NCBI GenBank assembly: GCA_028023455.1
Contig: JAQFVV010000009.1
Location: forward strand, 17,546,001-17,610,000
Source of the DNA: Epiperipatus broadwayi
Taxonomy: Eukaryota; Animalia; Onychophora
Direction of reading: 5' to 3'
DNA length: 64,000 nucleotides
Part shown: positions 24,900-38,999 of the stretch, one piece after another
How positions within the stretch are numbered: the first letter of the stretch is position 1
How the letters are laid out: each line of letters begins with the position of its first letter
The notes under the pieces: generated by a model
The model's database searches: none
The model's input: the letters and a program-made list of their open reading frames with translations, nothing else
What the model was told of the DNA's origin: nothing
Program-made: the position numbers and the translations under genes

Positions 24900-25680
24900 G
24901 GAAATGTGCTGTTAGAACAATTGCAGAGATATATATTAAAAAAGTTAAAGGAATTGGAATATGGTTTGTGAATTTGGAAAAAAACATTTGATAATCTGGA
25001 ATAAACTTAGTACTATCCTAAAAAATAAAGGAGTATTTTGGAAAGATTGATTTGGAATATGTATACTAAGCAAAAACTAAGTATTAAATTGAAGAATAAT
25101 GAGACTGATGAAATGAATTTAGAAAGAGGAGTAATATTTATTTAGGAAACATTAAATAAATATTTAGACTGAAGAGGCTAATATTAGAATTAGAATAATA
25201 AAAGTTATAAGATTTGCAGATGATATGGCTCTTATAACTAAGGAGGAAAAGAGTCTTCAGAATATATTGGATAAATTGGAGGAAGGATATATGGAATATG
25301 AAATGATTAATGTTAAGAAGACCAAGTGTTTATGGATAGGTAGAAATACCAAAAGAAGATTACAAATTTAAATCTGTGTTAATATAGTTCAACAGGTAAA
25401 TAGATTTAGATATTTATGTAGTTGATTGAGTGAAAAAGGAAGAAGTGAAGATGAAGTTAAAAGAAGAATAACTTTGGCAAAGAAAGTATTTATTAAGAGA
25501 AAATATTTTGTAGACCTTTGAAGAAAGAATTAAGGAAAAGCTTAACTAAGAACTTTGTGTGGAATGTATTACTGGAAGATTGTGAAATATGGACAATGAG
25601 AGAAAAAATTACAGATTGGAAATCTTTGAGATAAGATCATGAAGGAGGATAGAAAAAATTAGTTGGATGAATAAAAAGAT
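24900..25680 (+). mobile_element. Non-LTR (RTE-like) RT remnant
   Basis: RFADDMAL, FRYLCS, degenerate YG.E.WT motifs; many stops; purine-rich plus strand. Confidence 0.55.
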
Positions 25681-28600
25681 GGAGTTTTTTTTATTATTTT
25701 GTCCTATTTCTTTTTTTTTATCTTTAATCCAAAGATTTTTATTATATCAATGATAACTATGATCTCCTGTTTCTACCTTGTGTTTAGCATCCAACATTTA
25801 TAATATTTAAATGTCTATGTGTCTTATTGTTTACCTTGCATATTGATATGCCAAGTCCATAGAGTTGTGTCACCCTATATAAATAAATATTGATGAAAAT
25901 AATGAAAAGTAACTAAGCATTAGCTTTACTATAATTGGAATTATACACCAAGTGCTTGACAATCATATATATTTTTCATTATTTAAATTTAATAACCAAT
26001 ATTAAGCTTGATTAACGTAGTTATTTAATTCAGCCAAGACTGTATTAAGCATAGATATTTTTTAATTATATCATCGTTCTATGTATTTTATTAATATTCC
26101 CAACAGATAAATTTTGGCTTCCAATTGGTATGTTAATCAACATTTACCTCATCACAGTTTAACAGTCCAACTGGAAACATAAGTTAGCTAGTGAAAACAC
26201 TCTTATTACATAATTTAGGAATTCAGAATGGATCATAGATCACACATATTTCTGAAACAATATATATGTAGAAGGAAAAACAACTTTTAAATCTATTGCA
26301 TTTATATACTATGACTGTGATATTTATAGTTGTATCAAAGTGCTTAGATATGCACATATAATATGTAGTTGGTAATTGTGCAGAATCTAATGAAGATATG
26401 TATTAAAAAAGAACTTCTTGAAAATAAATTTTGGCTGACATATATAATGGAAGTTATATTTTTTATTGAGTTTTTCAATTGATTTGTGATTATTTCTTGA
26501 GGATTAGAGTCAATATAATATACTTTATCAGGTCTCTCTAATAAATTATGACAGAAAACAATTTGTAATTTCTCTTCACTTATCAAGTTTGGAGAGAGAA
26601 TAATAGAGTTAGTATTGATATTCATCCACTATATTTCTGTTCTTAAAACTTTCAAAAATTTCCATACCAGTTGGTAAATATTTTTTATAAATATAGATAT
26701 TATATATATATCACATACTCATTCTAAAACATGAATAAAGTCTTATAGATTAAATTGTAGTAATGTATTGTTTTTATGTAAGAGCAACAAAGAATACAAT
26801 CCTAAATAGTCTCTCTCCTGACATTAAAAAATATAATAAAGTAAGCTCTCTATCACTATTACTTGGAATTGGTTGAATCAATTTTACATCATTTCCAATT
26901 TAACACTGTGTTAGATTATACTAACTGAATACAATATTTAAACATTACTTAGCAATTCATTAAATACAAATTTTGTGTATTCTGTTCAGTTTTCTTTAAG
27001 TTTATATTGTTTAATTAAATAATCCTCAGTGGAAGCTCGTGAAATTTTTAAGCAAGGATGCTTTATTACAGTATTACCAAAAGTAAGTAGGAAAAACAAA
27101 GCGGAGGATTTCTAATTCTGCAACTGCTCAACTATTTTATTTTTATATACCAATCATTGTTAAAAGATGCAATGTATTTTTGATTTTTACTAACTGCTGT
27201 TTGACAAAAAAATTATATTTATTTTTTATTTCAATTTTTTCATGTAACAACAGTTCGGAAAATATATTTTTTTATATAAATATTCAACACTAATATCCAT
27301 CATGATAAATATTTTAAACAATATTTCTTTTATTATTTTGTTATATTTTTCGGAAATAAATATATGTTAATTTATAAAAGTTAATTACAAAAAAAAAAAC
27401 GGAATATTTTATTACTCACCCGAAATAAAAACAAAAATGTATTCACTCTGAAAAGAAACTGAAACAGATAAACATATCACATTCAAATAACAATCAGTGC
27501 AGACCATAGCAAGCAGTTCCAATGTGCTAGTTATGCATGTTGATAAAAGCAAATCAATCTCAGTGGAACTTGTTGAAATTTCCCAAATATGATGTATCTG
27601 ATACTTTCATAATTAGCAGTGTCTTTGTATTGAATGTCCAAGCATTGCTAAAATAATTCTCTCATGTTGTATTTACATAATAATTATACAAAATATTGAA
27701 TGATTGTTATATTATTGATATTTTCAAGCACAAATTCAATATATAATTCTTTTCTGGATATGCTGCAGCACTATTATGTTTGTGGATCCATTGATAATCC
27801 ATATAATGAAAAAGCAACATCATTTGGGAAATTTTTTATTACATTAGTAAAATGCAGCAAACCAGATAGTTCTTAAATTGTGACAATTTTCTTCTGAATG
27901 ATACTTTATATTTAAATCAAGATATAGAGAGATCTGAAGGTAAGAATAATATTGAAAATAAAAAATTATATTTCTGGAATGTGAATGTTTTCTAAATGCT
28001 AATGATAGAAAGTTGGAAAACCAAATAAATATTTAGAAATTATTTGAATAAATTTTGTCAATTTCATGCCTATATTTATAAGTACATAATGTATCATTAT
28101 GATATCAGGGAATTGAAATCAATTGTAGATACATTGTATGTAAATAGGAAGTGCACTTTTTAACAGCTCATATTTTTATCTAACAGTTATGAATATGATT
28201 GAATGATTAAACACTTTTTTTTTTCTATCATGTCTTTCTAATTAAAATAATCAGTAATTAAAATTTAAAAAACTTCTTTGATTTTTAGTTTATTTTAATT
28301 TTTTCTTTGTATTGGGGGTAGGGAGTATTTTTGATGCACCAATGATTAAAAATTTTGAATATTACCATTGAATAAAGTCATTGGTGTAAATTTAGCTTAA
28401 CAAAGAAGAGATGATAAAAATCCTGAACCCATTCTTTTCAAGTTCTTATAATATTAACTTAAACAAATGTTCTTATTCTATGTTTTTTTTAAATATTTAA
28501 AAAAGATTAAAAGCTCTTGAAGTGAAAGTAACTAATTATATTTGATATAATCACTTGCTCATGAAGTCAAGTGTTGTCTGAATATTAAAATGATGGACAC

Positions 28601-29484
28601 AATAATTTTATGTTTTAGTTGGCAGACAGATTTTTCACCTCTTCTGATGTCAAGAGTTATTCTATGCATTGAGACAACTATTAAGGTGCATATCCTACAG
28701 CTATTATATGTACTAGATCTAACCCCAAAAAGATTTCATCAGGCTCTCTATAAGATTACATTTATGTATATGAATTACAATTTTTTAAAATGGAATAAAT
28801 TCTTAGAACATTGATTTCTTTAATAATCTGGCATGAAATAGTATTATTAAATATGTGAATACATTCAAATATTTTTTTGGCAAACTTCTGCACATTAGTT
28901 ATTCGTAGTAACTTATGCAGTTTCTGTTATTATGTTGCGAGAATGCCATTTTATGATGTAAAAAAGCCACATCTATTTTCACACAATATTGTTGTTTATT
29001 ACCTATTTATCACTTGTTTTCATGATTGAATTAAAATAAAGTGTAAAGTGATTGTTTCATAAATGGTAAAATTAATATTAGCATTATGTTTTGTCACTCG
29101 GAAATATTCATGAATAGTCTGGCATAGTATTTAATTCATAATTAATAAATATAGAGTTGGTGATATTTCTAAAAGTAAACATTGTAATAAAATAATATCT
29201 ATTATTATTTCAAAATTTTGTTTTTATTTATGTAATTGTATTTTCTATTAATATACTCTATTAAAATATACAAATTGCATCATGTGATATCTGATTTTTT
29301 AACTTCTAAGACAATGAGAAATGTATTAAATCATCCTTGTTAATTAATGAATAAATTCTCAGCATATACTGTTTCCTAATCTTTAACTAGCATGTATGAT
29401 GTTTAACATTTCTCCAATAATACTGCGCTTGGGTAATATTTGTTGTTGTTTGCTAATTATTATTTTATAATTATTTTTCTCATT

Positions 29485-29751
29485 AATATTACTATATTCA
29501 CCACTTCCTTTATTTTGTTGTAATATCATATAAATACAATTATCCACTCTAATTTGAACACTTTTTAGCAAAAATCTTTTATTGTACATATATGCATATA
29601 CAATCTTATATTTTGACTGTCCTGCAGTCGTCTTCAGAGTCACTTTTACTTTAATAAAGTGGCTCTGAAAAAGACTGCTGGACAGTCAAAACATAAGATT
29701 GTATATATATATAATAAAAGAGTTTTGCTAAAAAGTGTTCAAATTAGAGTG
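29485..29751 (-). mobile_element. 267-bp fold-back insert with two inverted degenerate HHR cores (family B)
   Basis: Arms about 29545-29647 / 29655-29751, 60-bp tail, 11-bp TSD TTTTTCTCATT (29474-29484, 29752-29762); cores CTGAAGA-C-GACTG-CAGGA-CAGTC-AAAA (29611-29637, minus) and a more degenerate copy (29665-29691, plus). Confidence 0.75.
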
Positions 29752-32700
29752 TTTTTCTCATTGCTATTTTTTTCATTCTCCGTTTATTGTCTTCATTTAT
29801 TTAGATTAATACAAACTAGTAAGCTTATCCTGTGTTTTTATTGTGACAATAGAATTGTGTTTTTATGTAACTACATTTCTATTTAATTACATACGTAGAA
29901 AATTTTGCCTATTCTCTTTTTCCATGAATTTTTTAATCTTCCTTTCTATCTTTGTTTTTTGTAGTTGAAATGGGTATATGTATTAATGCATAACTGCATT
30001 ATTTCCAACTTTGATTTCCAAGCCTCATTGATAAAGGCAGAAAACAGTCTGTGATGGAGATTTAAATGTACTACTATCTGGTACTTAGTGGCTACTCAAA
30101 ATTGCTATAGGTTGAACTAGAACAGAGAAAGCTCTTGTTTATTGGTTTGTATTGTAGTGTGTGTTGAGTGACAATTTCAAGAATCTAACATTTTCTAGAT
30201 TGATTTTCAAATGAGGAAAAGAAAAAAATCTCATAATGTAATCAATTAAATGAAACTATTGTATTCTTTTATCACTTTAGAAGTTTAATATTGCTTGATT
30301 TCCTGAGAAATCAAGTGATTTTTAATATTATTAAAGCTTTTGAAATAAAATCACAATCATTTAAAAATCATTTCATGTGAAACATTTTTTTTTATATTAT
30401 GAAAGTTAGGTTTAAAATAAGCCTAACTGTAATTTCTCAAACTAATAACTTTGTTTAAATTTTTTTAGTATTGGAAGAAATTGTTAGAAACTGATGTTAA
30501 AAATAAGATATATTTCAATTATTTTATAATACATATACTATAAATGTCATAGATTCTAAGGAAGATTTATGATTAACTCTAATTGCAGGTTATGCTAGTG
30601 ATGTAGTGAAATCATTATAGAAAAGGAATAATTGTCAAGTATCAAAATGTAAATATTTAAAACAAACATTTTTTATAGAACACTAATATCAATTGTGTAA
30701 TATCAAAAATGTAATCTTACATAACAGACATTGGTTTCATAACATTTTTACAAATAGAAACATGAAATATAATGTTTTATTTTTTTATATAATTAAACCA
30801 AATCTTATCTCAATTGAAAGTGTCTCTTCCAATAAAAATTTCATTTCCCATATCCAAAAATGTGATATTCAAATTAATTTTAAGCATAAATTATAAGAAA
30901 TGAACTTTGAATGCAGAAAATGAACTAGGAAACCTAAAAGTTTGTAAAACATATAATGTTAGTGTACAAGAAAATAAAGTAGAACCCAATTGCAACAATC
31001 GATATTATAGTGTTAAATTCCTGGAATAAAATCCATAAATTAATATCATTTGCAATCAATCTATTGATTTATTAACCTAAGCTAAATTCAAATATGTTTA
31101 AACATTTAAAAAAAAAAATTAAAATGCATTTACAATTTAAACAAAAGGCCAGGATTAAATATAATTCTGAAATTAACTGCATAATTAATATTTTGGACAA
31201 CTGGTTATCCTTTTTTCCTTTCTTTATACTTCTTACATCAAATTTTAATTATACATATATAATTCATTTTGATTATCTCTGATATCATTAAATTAGTAAA
31301 CCTTATATCATAAAGAGAAATCTCTACATTTTAATGTTTTTCTCCAAAAACAAACAAATTTTACTTAGACTATAAAATAAATTCTATGTCTCAAATGTTA
31401 CAAAAAATTTTAACATATTTTTTTTGCAAATTTCATCTCAGAAATCCCTGTGTGATTTGTTATAGTGATAGAGTGATAGACTACGGACCTTAAATATCCA
31501 TTGATAGTGTCCAGTTCTGTCATTTCTGATGTTTGAACTTCTTATGGATTCAATTATTATTTTTGTTGTCTTAGTAATACCAGTAGATTAAATCATTTTT
31601 CTCTCTGTGCAATGAATCATACAAGGATGTCAATTATTTCAGTATTTTTCTCTGATCCAGCTGAAATTTCAGTACTCAAATATCACACTAGTTAATACAC
31701 CATGTAACAAATGTCACGGTAAAATAATTATATCTATATGTCTAACTTTTAATGATGATTCAACAATCCTCTTTAGTGATAACAATCTGATACTGATATA
31801 TCCTATTTAAGCATGGCTGAACATCTTACATTTTTATGGAGAGACTTTAGTTATATCTGTCACTTTAGAAAAAAAAATACAAACATTTGTAACAAGCTTT
31901 GAAATATTTCAGTCATGATTAAAAATATTAATTGTTAAATAAACATTAGGACAAGTTATTTTACTTAATACATGAAAACATATCTATACAAGGATTTAGA
32001 AAAATAATTTATCTTCTAATAAATTATTAATATTTTAGTCAACTTTTTAAAACAACCGTGTTCCCCTAATTGAGGTATCCATTTTTTAATAGTTGATGTG
32101 TGATCCATCCTTTTGGAAATCAAATGGAATATGATTACTTTAAAAATAAATTTTCACAAGTGCATAATTTCTGACAAATTCTGGTAATACATCATCTCTT
32201 TTTCCACTGCAAATGAAGTTAACAGATTATAAAATTAAATACAACAATCACTTTCCCCCAATATTACTATCATCTATTTCAGAAAAGCTTAATCATATCT
32301 GAATATTTCATTAATGAGTATAACAATTTGATGAATCAATCATGTAATATTAAACCTAAACACATATTTGTCATTAATAAGAATGAGAACAATCAATCCC
32401 CAAAGATTTTCAATGTGCTCCTCATCCAAAATAACTTAAGATTAATTCAAATAGTTTATTCAAGCCTTTAGCTCTAGCTCTCAGCTAGCTGCTTTATACT
32501 ACAGACATCCCACCATATAATCATTGTTTTATACAAAATTATATGCTAAAAACAAAATCTGATATAATTGTTATTAAATCAGAACTCAGTGAAATTATAG
32601 TATTAATCTACAAATATTTTTCTATCAATTAGCAGTTTACCATCTTCAACCCAATTTGATCTATAGATTAATTAACATTATAAAAAATTATATCATCTTC

Positions 32701-34735
32701 CCTTTTAAAAAAAACCTTTTTTACAACATCAACAATTTTTTAATTAGCAAACCTAACAATAAAGAGGCAGGTCTGGATATTTTGAGATATTTTCTGTTTA
32801 TTATATATTTGAATGATTGTTGAATTTGATCATTTGTTACAATATTCAGAATATACAACAATGCTAATGAAATTCTAATAATCCTTTATTGACATTTTTT
32901 AACAAAAATAATGTACATTAATTTTTATTAAAAATAACTTTGCTCTATTAAAGTAAAATCAGATTATTCCTTGACTTGCTGTGACTGTCTCTATGTAAGC
33001 TCACGTCTTAATTTTCTACATTAGAAGCTGAAAATATTTTTATTTTAAAAAATCTCACATCATAGATATAACTCAAAAAATATATATACATCATAAGAAC
33101 TATTCTAAAGATAACAAATGACTTTTACCTTCTCTGAAAAACATATGAAAGGCACAATTCTGAATGCCTTAAACTGTACTTGATCAATTAATTTGTAATT
33201 CTTGTAAACTTTTTTTTTGTAAACTATTTAACTGTTCTAAATTTTTAAAATTACTTCAATGATTAATATAGTATATTATATAGTCCTTCTAAATTTTTTT
33301 CTTCCTCCTCTGTTTTTGCTGTCTTCATATATAATATTGAATTTCAAAAAAAAAGTGAAAGTGTGTAAGATTTTTGAAATTCAATATTATATTTTCAATG
33401 ATTAATTCTATTCACCTTACAGCCTATGTAAAATAAATATTCACTAAAGATAATTTAATTACATCTAGGATATTTTTATTTATACTTTTATAAAATTTGT
33501 AATTCATATCAAATATTTGTATTAGATTGTTCGTCTGGATTCAAAACCTTTGAATGTATTGTTTATATCATTAACTTAAATGCCTACCTATATGGACCTA
33601 TTACAATCTTCAAATGAATGGTCCCCCTTTTGGGCAATCATGAAATAATTCAAAATTAGTTTAGGTTTTTTCAAACTTATGATTAATATAACTTAGTGAA
33701 CTTTATTTAGATTCTAAGTGTATCTCATACACGTTTTTGCATATAGTTTTATATTTTTTTTTTATAACATTTCTAGATCATATAATTATATTTAGTGTAA
33801 TTATTGGATTGTATTCCTAAAAAATTAGGGGCAAATCTTTGGAATTTTACAGAAAAAACTCAATCAAAAACAAGTCTGATTATTAATCAATAGCAATTTC
33901 CGAACTTTCCAGTACTACTTATATCAATATTTATATAATCAATGGACTAGATAGATAATAGTCCCCAAACAAGTTTTCAAATTTCCTTCTGACTCATTAG
34001 ATTTTTTAGTGTGAATTAATTTTTTTACCATGCCTAGATAGTAGTTTACTTTTATTAACTCTATTAATGGCAAAGGTTTAACATTTTATACTGAGATTTT
34101 AGACTAAAGCCAATTTGTTTGTTAAGCTATATAGGTTTGAAGTCAACAATTACACATTTTAGAAAATCCAACTATAAGCTAATATAAGCATGTTTATTTT
34201 TTTGGCAAAATAATTACATATATATATCAAAACATCTCTTGACTTTTTGGGGTGAAGATAAAGAGATTATTGTTAAATACAGGTTAAATATAAAATAAAG
34301 AACTTGTATGAAGCATTGTTTTAGTCTGAAAATATTAATAATTTACCAAAATTCCTTGTAAAGTAATAACAGCCTTTATTTTAATAGTAGTCATAGGCAA
34401 TTTTTTTATTATTAATTTAAAAATGATTTATATCTACATTTCAGTAGATCTTTAATAAGCTATTAATATATAATAAAAAGGACTTTTGTTTGAGATCACT
34501 ATTACTTATCTACAACAGTTATAGCTGAAGATTTCTCTTCAAAATGACAGAACTTGGAAAAAAAACAATTTAATATAGAAGTTTTATTATTATTTCCATT
34601 ATACATTTAACATTAGATATTATCAACCAAAGAGAATTAAAATTCAGAGAAATTTTTATTGCTAATATCACATGATACTGTATAACTTAAAAGTGAAAAC
34701 AATCAAGAATGACAGAATATATATATATATGAGAA

Positions 34736-35286
34736 GATAATGCCCATTAAATATAAAAAAACTTTAAACTTTCCTGTTATCAAAAAATTATCAATTACTA
34801 CTAATTGACAATTTCTGAGGCTAAGCAAGTTTTTTTTCATAAACTGATAATAGCTTTTTTTATATGGATTTAAATCCAGAAAGCTATTTTTATAGGTGTG
34901 AAAATATGAAAGAATAGAATCTTTCTTGACATTCTGCAAATAATATTTTTCTCTTCTCCAGAGAGTTATATATGTGAAATTACATGTTTTTGTGGATTGT
35001 TATAATAATTAATAGAAATAAGGAGATAATATCCATTAAATAGAGAGAAACGTTAATCTTTGTTGTTATCTAGAAATTATCAATTATTTTAAATCCACAT
35101 AAGAGCTTGGGTTTGAAGTAAAAGAGGACCCCTTTTTATTTTAATAAAAGACCCTCAACAAAAGAGCTATTATAGGTTTATGAGAAAAAATTGATTAGCC
35201 TCAAGAAATGTCAACTAGTAGTAATTGATAATTTCTTGGTATCAACAAAGGTTAAAGTTTTTTTTCTATTTAATGGATATATTATC
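34736..35286. mobile_element. MITE-like/fold-back element with ~130-bp imperfect inverted arms
   Basis: 34736-34862 is the reverse complement of about 35160-35286 at roughly 80-85% identity; no TSD assigned. Confidence 0.55.
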
Positions 35287-35391
35287 ATTTTTATTAATTA
35301 TTATAACAATAATCCATAGAAACATATATATATATGTGTTATATAATGAATGTGCTAATAAATCTTAACAAGTTTTTCTGAATATCTCTAT

Positions 35392-35429
35392 CCAAAGACC
35401 AGTTTCTAGCTCTGGCTTTCATCAGTGAG
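35392..35429 (-). ncRNA. Minimal HHR motif (family A), stem I disrupted
   Basis: CTCA-CTGATGA-AAGC-CAGA-GCTA-GAAA-CTGG-TC-TTTGG. Confidence 0.55.
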
Positions 35430-35768
35430 TACTAAGATATTCAGGCATTAGATTTAAAAATTACCAGGTCAAGCCCCAACATTTATATAATAGTTAAATA
35501 ATATGTCTTCACTAACTTAATTTGCTGTGTGGGATTGAACTAAGTTCAAATACATCATATATTAATAACTTTAACAATATAAAATCACAAACCCTCAAGA
35601 GGCAAAACAATAATTGCAAGGAAATCAAGTCATATATCACATGAAGAGCAAAACAATAATTGCAAGAAAATCAAGTCAAATATCACATGACAATTTAATA
35701 AGCTTGTACTACATATGTCATATAATGGGTGTGTTAATAGCTCTTAACAATATTTTTAATTATCTATT

Positions 35769-35805
35769 CTCAGACCCCTTTCTAGCTGTGGCTATCATCA
35801 GTGAG
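35769..35805 (-). ncRNA. Minimal HHR motif (family A), stem III disrupted
   Basis: CTCA-CTGATGA-TAGC-CACA-GCTA-GAAA-GGGG-TC-TGAG; stems I and II perfect. Confidence 0.6.
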
Positions 35806-36654
35806 GCTATAGGTTATTCAGGCATTAGATTTAAAAGTACCAGATCAAGACCCAATATTTATCTAATAGTTAACTATTAAGAAAAAAATCTGAAATTTTC
35901 AGACATCCATATGTCTTCAAATCCAGCTATCTAACTTAAATAGCCATATAGGACTGAACTAAGTTCAGATACTCCATACGTTAATAACTTTAGTAATACA
36001 AAATTGTCAAAGCCTCAATCAAAACAATAATTGCAAGGAAATCAAGCTGTACATCACATGATTTAATTTAATAAGCTTGTACTACAAATGTTATACCATG
36101 AGCATGCTAATAGCTCTTAACAAGCTTTTCTGAAGATCCCTGTCTTCATATCAGTTTCTAGCTCTGGCCTTCAAAAGCTTATTAAGTGCTGTTAGCATGC
36201 TCATTATATACCATTTGTAGTATAAGTTTATTAAATTAAATCACATGATATTTGACTTGATTTCCTTACAACTATTGTTTTGCTCTAGAGGCTTTAATGA
36301 TTTAAAATTGCTCAAGTTATTATTATACCATGTACTTGAACTTAGTTCAGTTCCATATTGCTGTTTTAAGTTAGAAATCTGGATTTGAAGATATATGGAT
36401 GTCTGAAAATTTTAGTCTTTCTACTTAATAGTTAACTATTAGATAAATATTGGGTCTTGATCTGGTATTTTTAAATCTAATGCCTGAATATCCTAGCACC
36501 CCACTGACAAAAGCCAGAGCTAGAAACTGGTCAGAGGATAAGGATATTCAGAAAAGCTTGTTAAGGGCTATTAGCACACCCATTATATAACATTTATAGT
36601 ACAAGCTTATGAAATTAAGTTATGGGTGTATAATTTGATTTCCTTGCAATATAT

Positions 36655-37010
36655 TGCTGGAAGGAGGATGTAATACATCTCACTATGATCAGACTTAGGG
36701 TCATCTGGTAGGATGCTGTGCCTGACACAATGAAGTACCTAACCGATGAATATATCTACCTCCAATGGATTAGCTCTAAGTTTACATATTAAATTCAAAT
36801 ACAATTTAGGCTAGTTCATCGATACATCATCCCTCTTTTGGGTTTTGTTATGCCTCAGTATTCAAACTCGAAAAGAATGTTGACATCAGCTCTCTTCAGG
36901 GATGAACTTACTTTGCATAGCAACTATTGCATCTCTATACTGTTTTCCATTGACTTGAGATGCATCCAACCCTATTACTGTATTATTATATATATGGAAA
37001 ATTTTGTGTG
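36655..37010. repeat. ~350-bp interspersed repeat, copy 1 (copy 2 at 47062-47404)
   Basis: Colinear same-orientation copies, roughly 75-80% identical by eye. Confidence 0.85.
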
Positions 37011-38999
37011 CAAATAAATTGAGGGATGTGTGCATTAATGATTTTGATAAACTAGAGACCAATTAAATTTTTAATCAAATTAACAACTTTTATTAATAAA
37101 TAAAATTTAAAATTAATTTAACATAATAAAAAAATGCAGTTATATGTGTCAAGAATGCATTTCTACCATATCATTGATTAAATGTATCCATTATTCCAAA
37201 CCATACCCATGGTAGAGATACATAACTCAGTACTTACTATTTACAAGTCAAATTAAATTAATAAAAAAAAATCATGATTACATCAACTGCAAAGCCAACT
37301 AATTTATGTTACATAAACATATTATAACGATCGAAATGAAAGTGAAGATCGAATCTAACCGCAAAAACAATATCTGCAACTACCAGGGCACCATCTAGGC
37401 ATTTGAGCCTAGAAAAATTTATAGAGTAGGCAGATACGCGCTGTTAAGATTCCACTTTATTTAAATATTCCGATCGTTAGCCCAAGTCACTAGCTCAGCA
37501 GAGACGCAGAGATAAAAATCTATATCTTAATTTATATCCCAAATATCAATAAATAAAAGCCACTGCCAGAAATTAACACGTAAAAATATTTATTTACGCA
37601 CATATAAAATAACATTTAAATTTTGAGGAATAAATTTAACATTTAAATACGTTCGCACAGATTATTTTTATAAATTTGCTTTAAAATGTTGAGAACAGAT
37701 CAGCTGCACAGATTCCACGGTCAAAAACATTCCAAATTAAACACAACCGATCAAAATACAAAGTCATCGATAAACATCACTTGCATAGGGAATATACAAA
37801 TCCCATTAGCATTCATCGTAAGATGCTTGCAGTGATATCGTTGACCCATATATTCTAATCGAATGTGAAAACCACAACATAATCAACCGCTAACGAATCT
37901 ATGCAACGTCTATACCCAACTTAAATGTAATGCATTTAATAATTTCTACAATAAATATTACTACAAATAAAAATAATAAAATGGAAATGATTTTAGCAAA
38001 ACTTAACTATATAAATTTAAACAATCAATTATTAATTTGAAAATCAAATAAGAATTCATTTTAAAATTTAAATTAGCTGAATCTTTAAAAAAAAATCACT
38101 GACGAAAGTTCTTAATTACTATTTTTGGTTGTTGTTAATTTGTAAAGTTCATAGCTCACGGTAGAAGAGTCCAGGTTTCTGCTTTTAATTCCCGCGATGC
38201 CTCCATTGGAAGAAAATGTTCTGGAGATGGCAATAGCTGGTTCAAGGTATCACAGTCTTTTCATTTTTCCTTTTTAAATAGATAGTGTGGTATGTGCGTC
38301 CTACCACCTCTCAAACACACAACACTGGAACTGCCCAATATTTCCCTTTTTATAGTAAATCTCCAGATTGAATGAACAAAGATGTCACTAATCCAAATTT
38401 TCGTTTGGGTCCGGGCTGAGGCTTGGTGCTTCCATTGGTCAAGCTAATTTCTTTTTATTTTCTTATCTATCTTTCATCAGATCATTTTAATTATACAAGA
38501 GCCCAAAGCTAGCTTGCTTTTCAAACAATTTATAAACAATCATTTCCACTTACAGATTACATTAATTAATACCTGTTTTTATTTTTAAATCTTGTACTTT
38601 TTTTTTATAAAAAAAAGTATGTTCAAATACTTATTTGTTTTTTTAAAAAAAAATATTTTTAAAGTTTGGCATCTGTGCGAATGTATATACATTTAACAAA
38701 CATTTTAATTTTAGCGTTTAGTTTTTTACTTTTATTTGCGAACTTTTAAGTTTTTATTTTAAATTAATGTAATGACATATTTATATATCGTTACAATATA
38801 GTAGCCTCGTCATCAAATTCCAATGACTGACATTCCATCTTCTTTGAGACTCTGCCTAAATATGGTTGCTATGTTTGACAGAAAAGAACATCCATATAGG
38901 AAGATTAGTCATTCACCCAAATTAAAGTAAATATAATGACTGTTAGTTAAAATAAACAAGCAACACTAATTCTATCCTGTAATAATGCATGTAATTATA

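Larger units (their letters stand above)
35341..36652 (-). repeat. Tandem 376-bp HHR-containing array plus inverted copy (PLE pLTR/retrozyme-like, family A)
   Basis: Anchor TTTCTAGCT at 35403, 35779, 36155 (spacing 376, 376); 36176-36652 is an inverted copy; HHR motifs at 35392-35429 (-), 35769-35805 (-), about 36150-36175 (-, truncated) and 36499-36537 (+). Confidence 0.85.

Noticed and set aside
26344-26625. 93-aa minus-strand ORF
   Set aside because: In-frame stop immediately upstream, no usable acceptor in frame, no recognisable motif.
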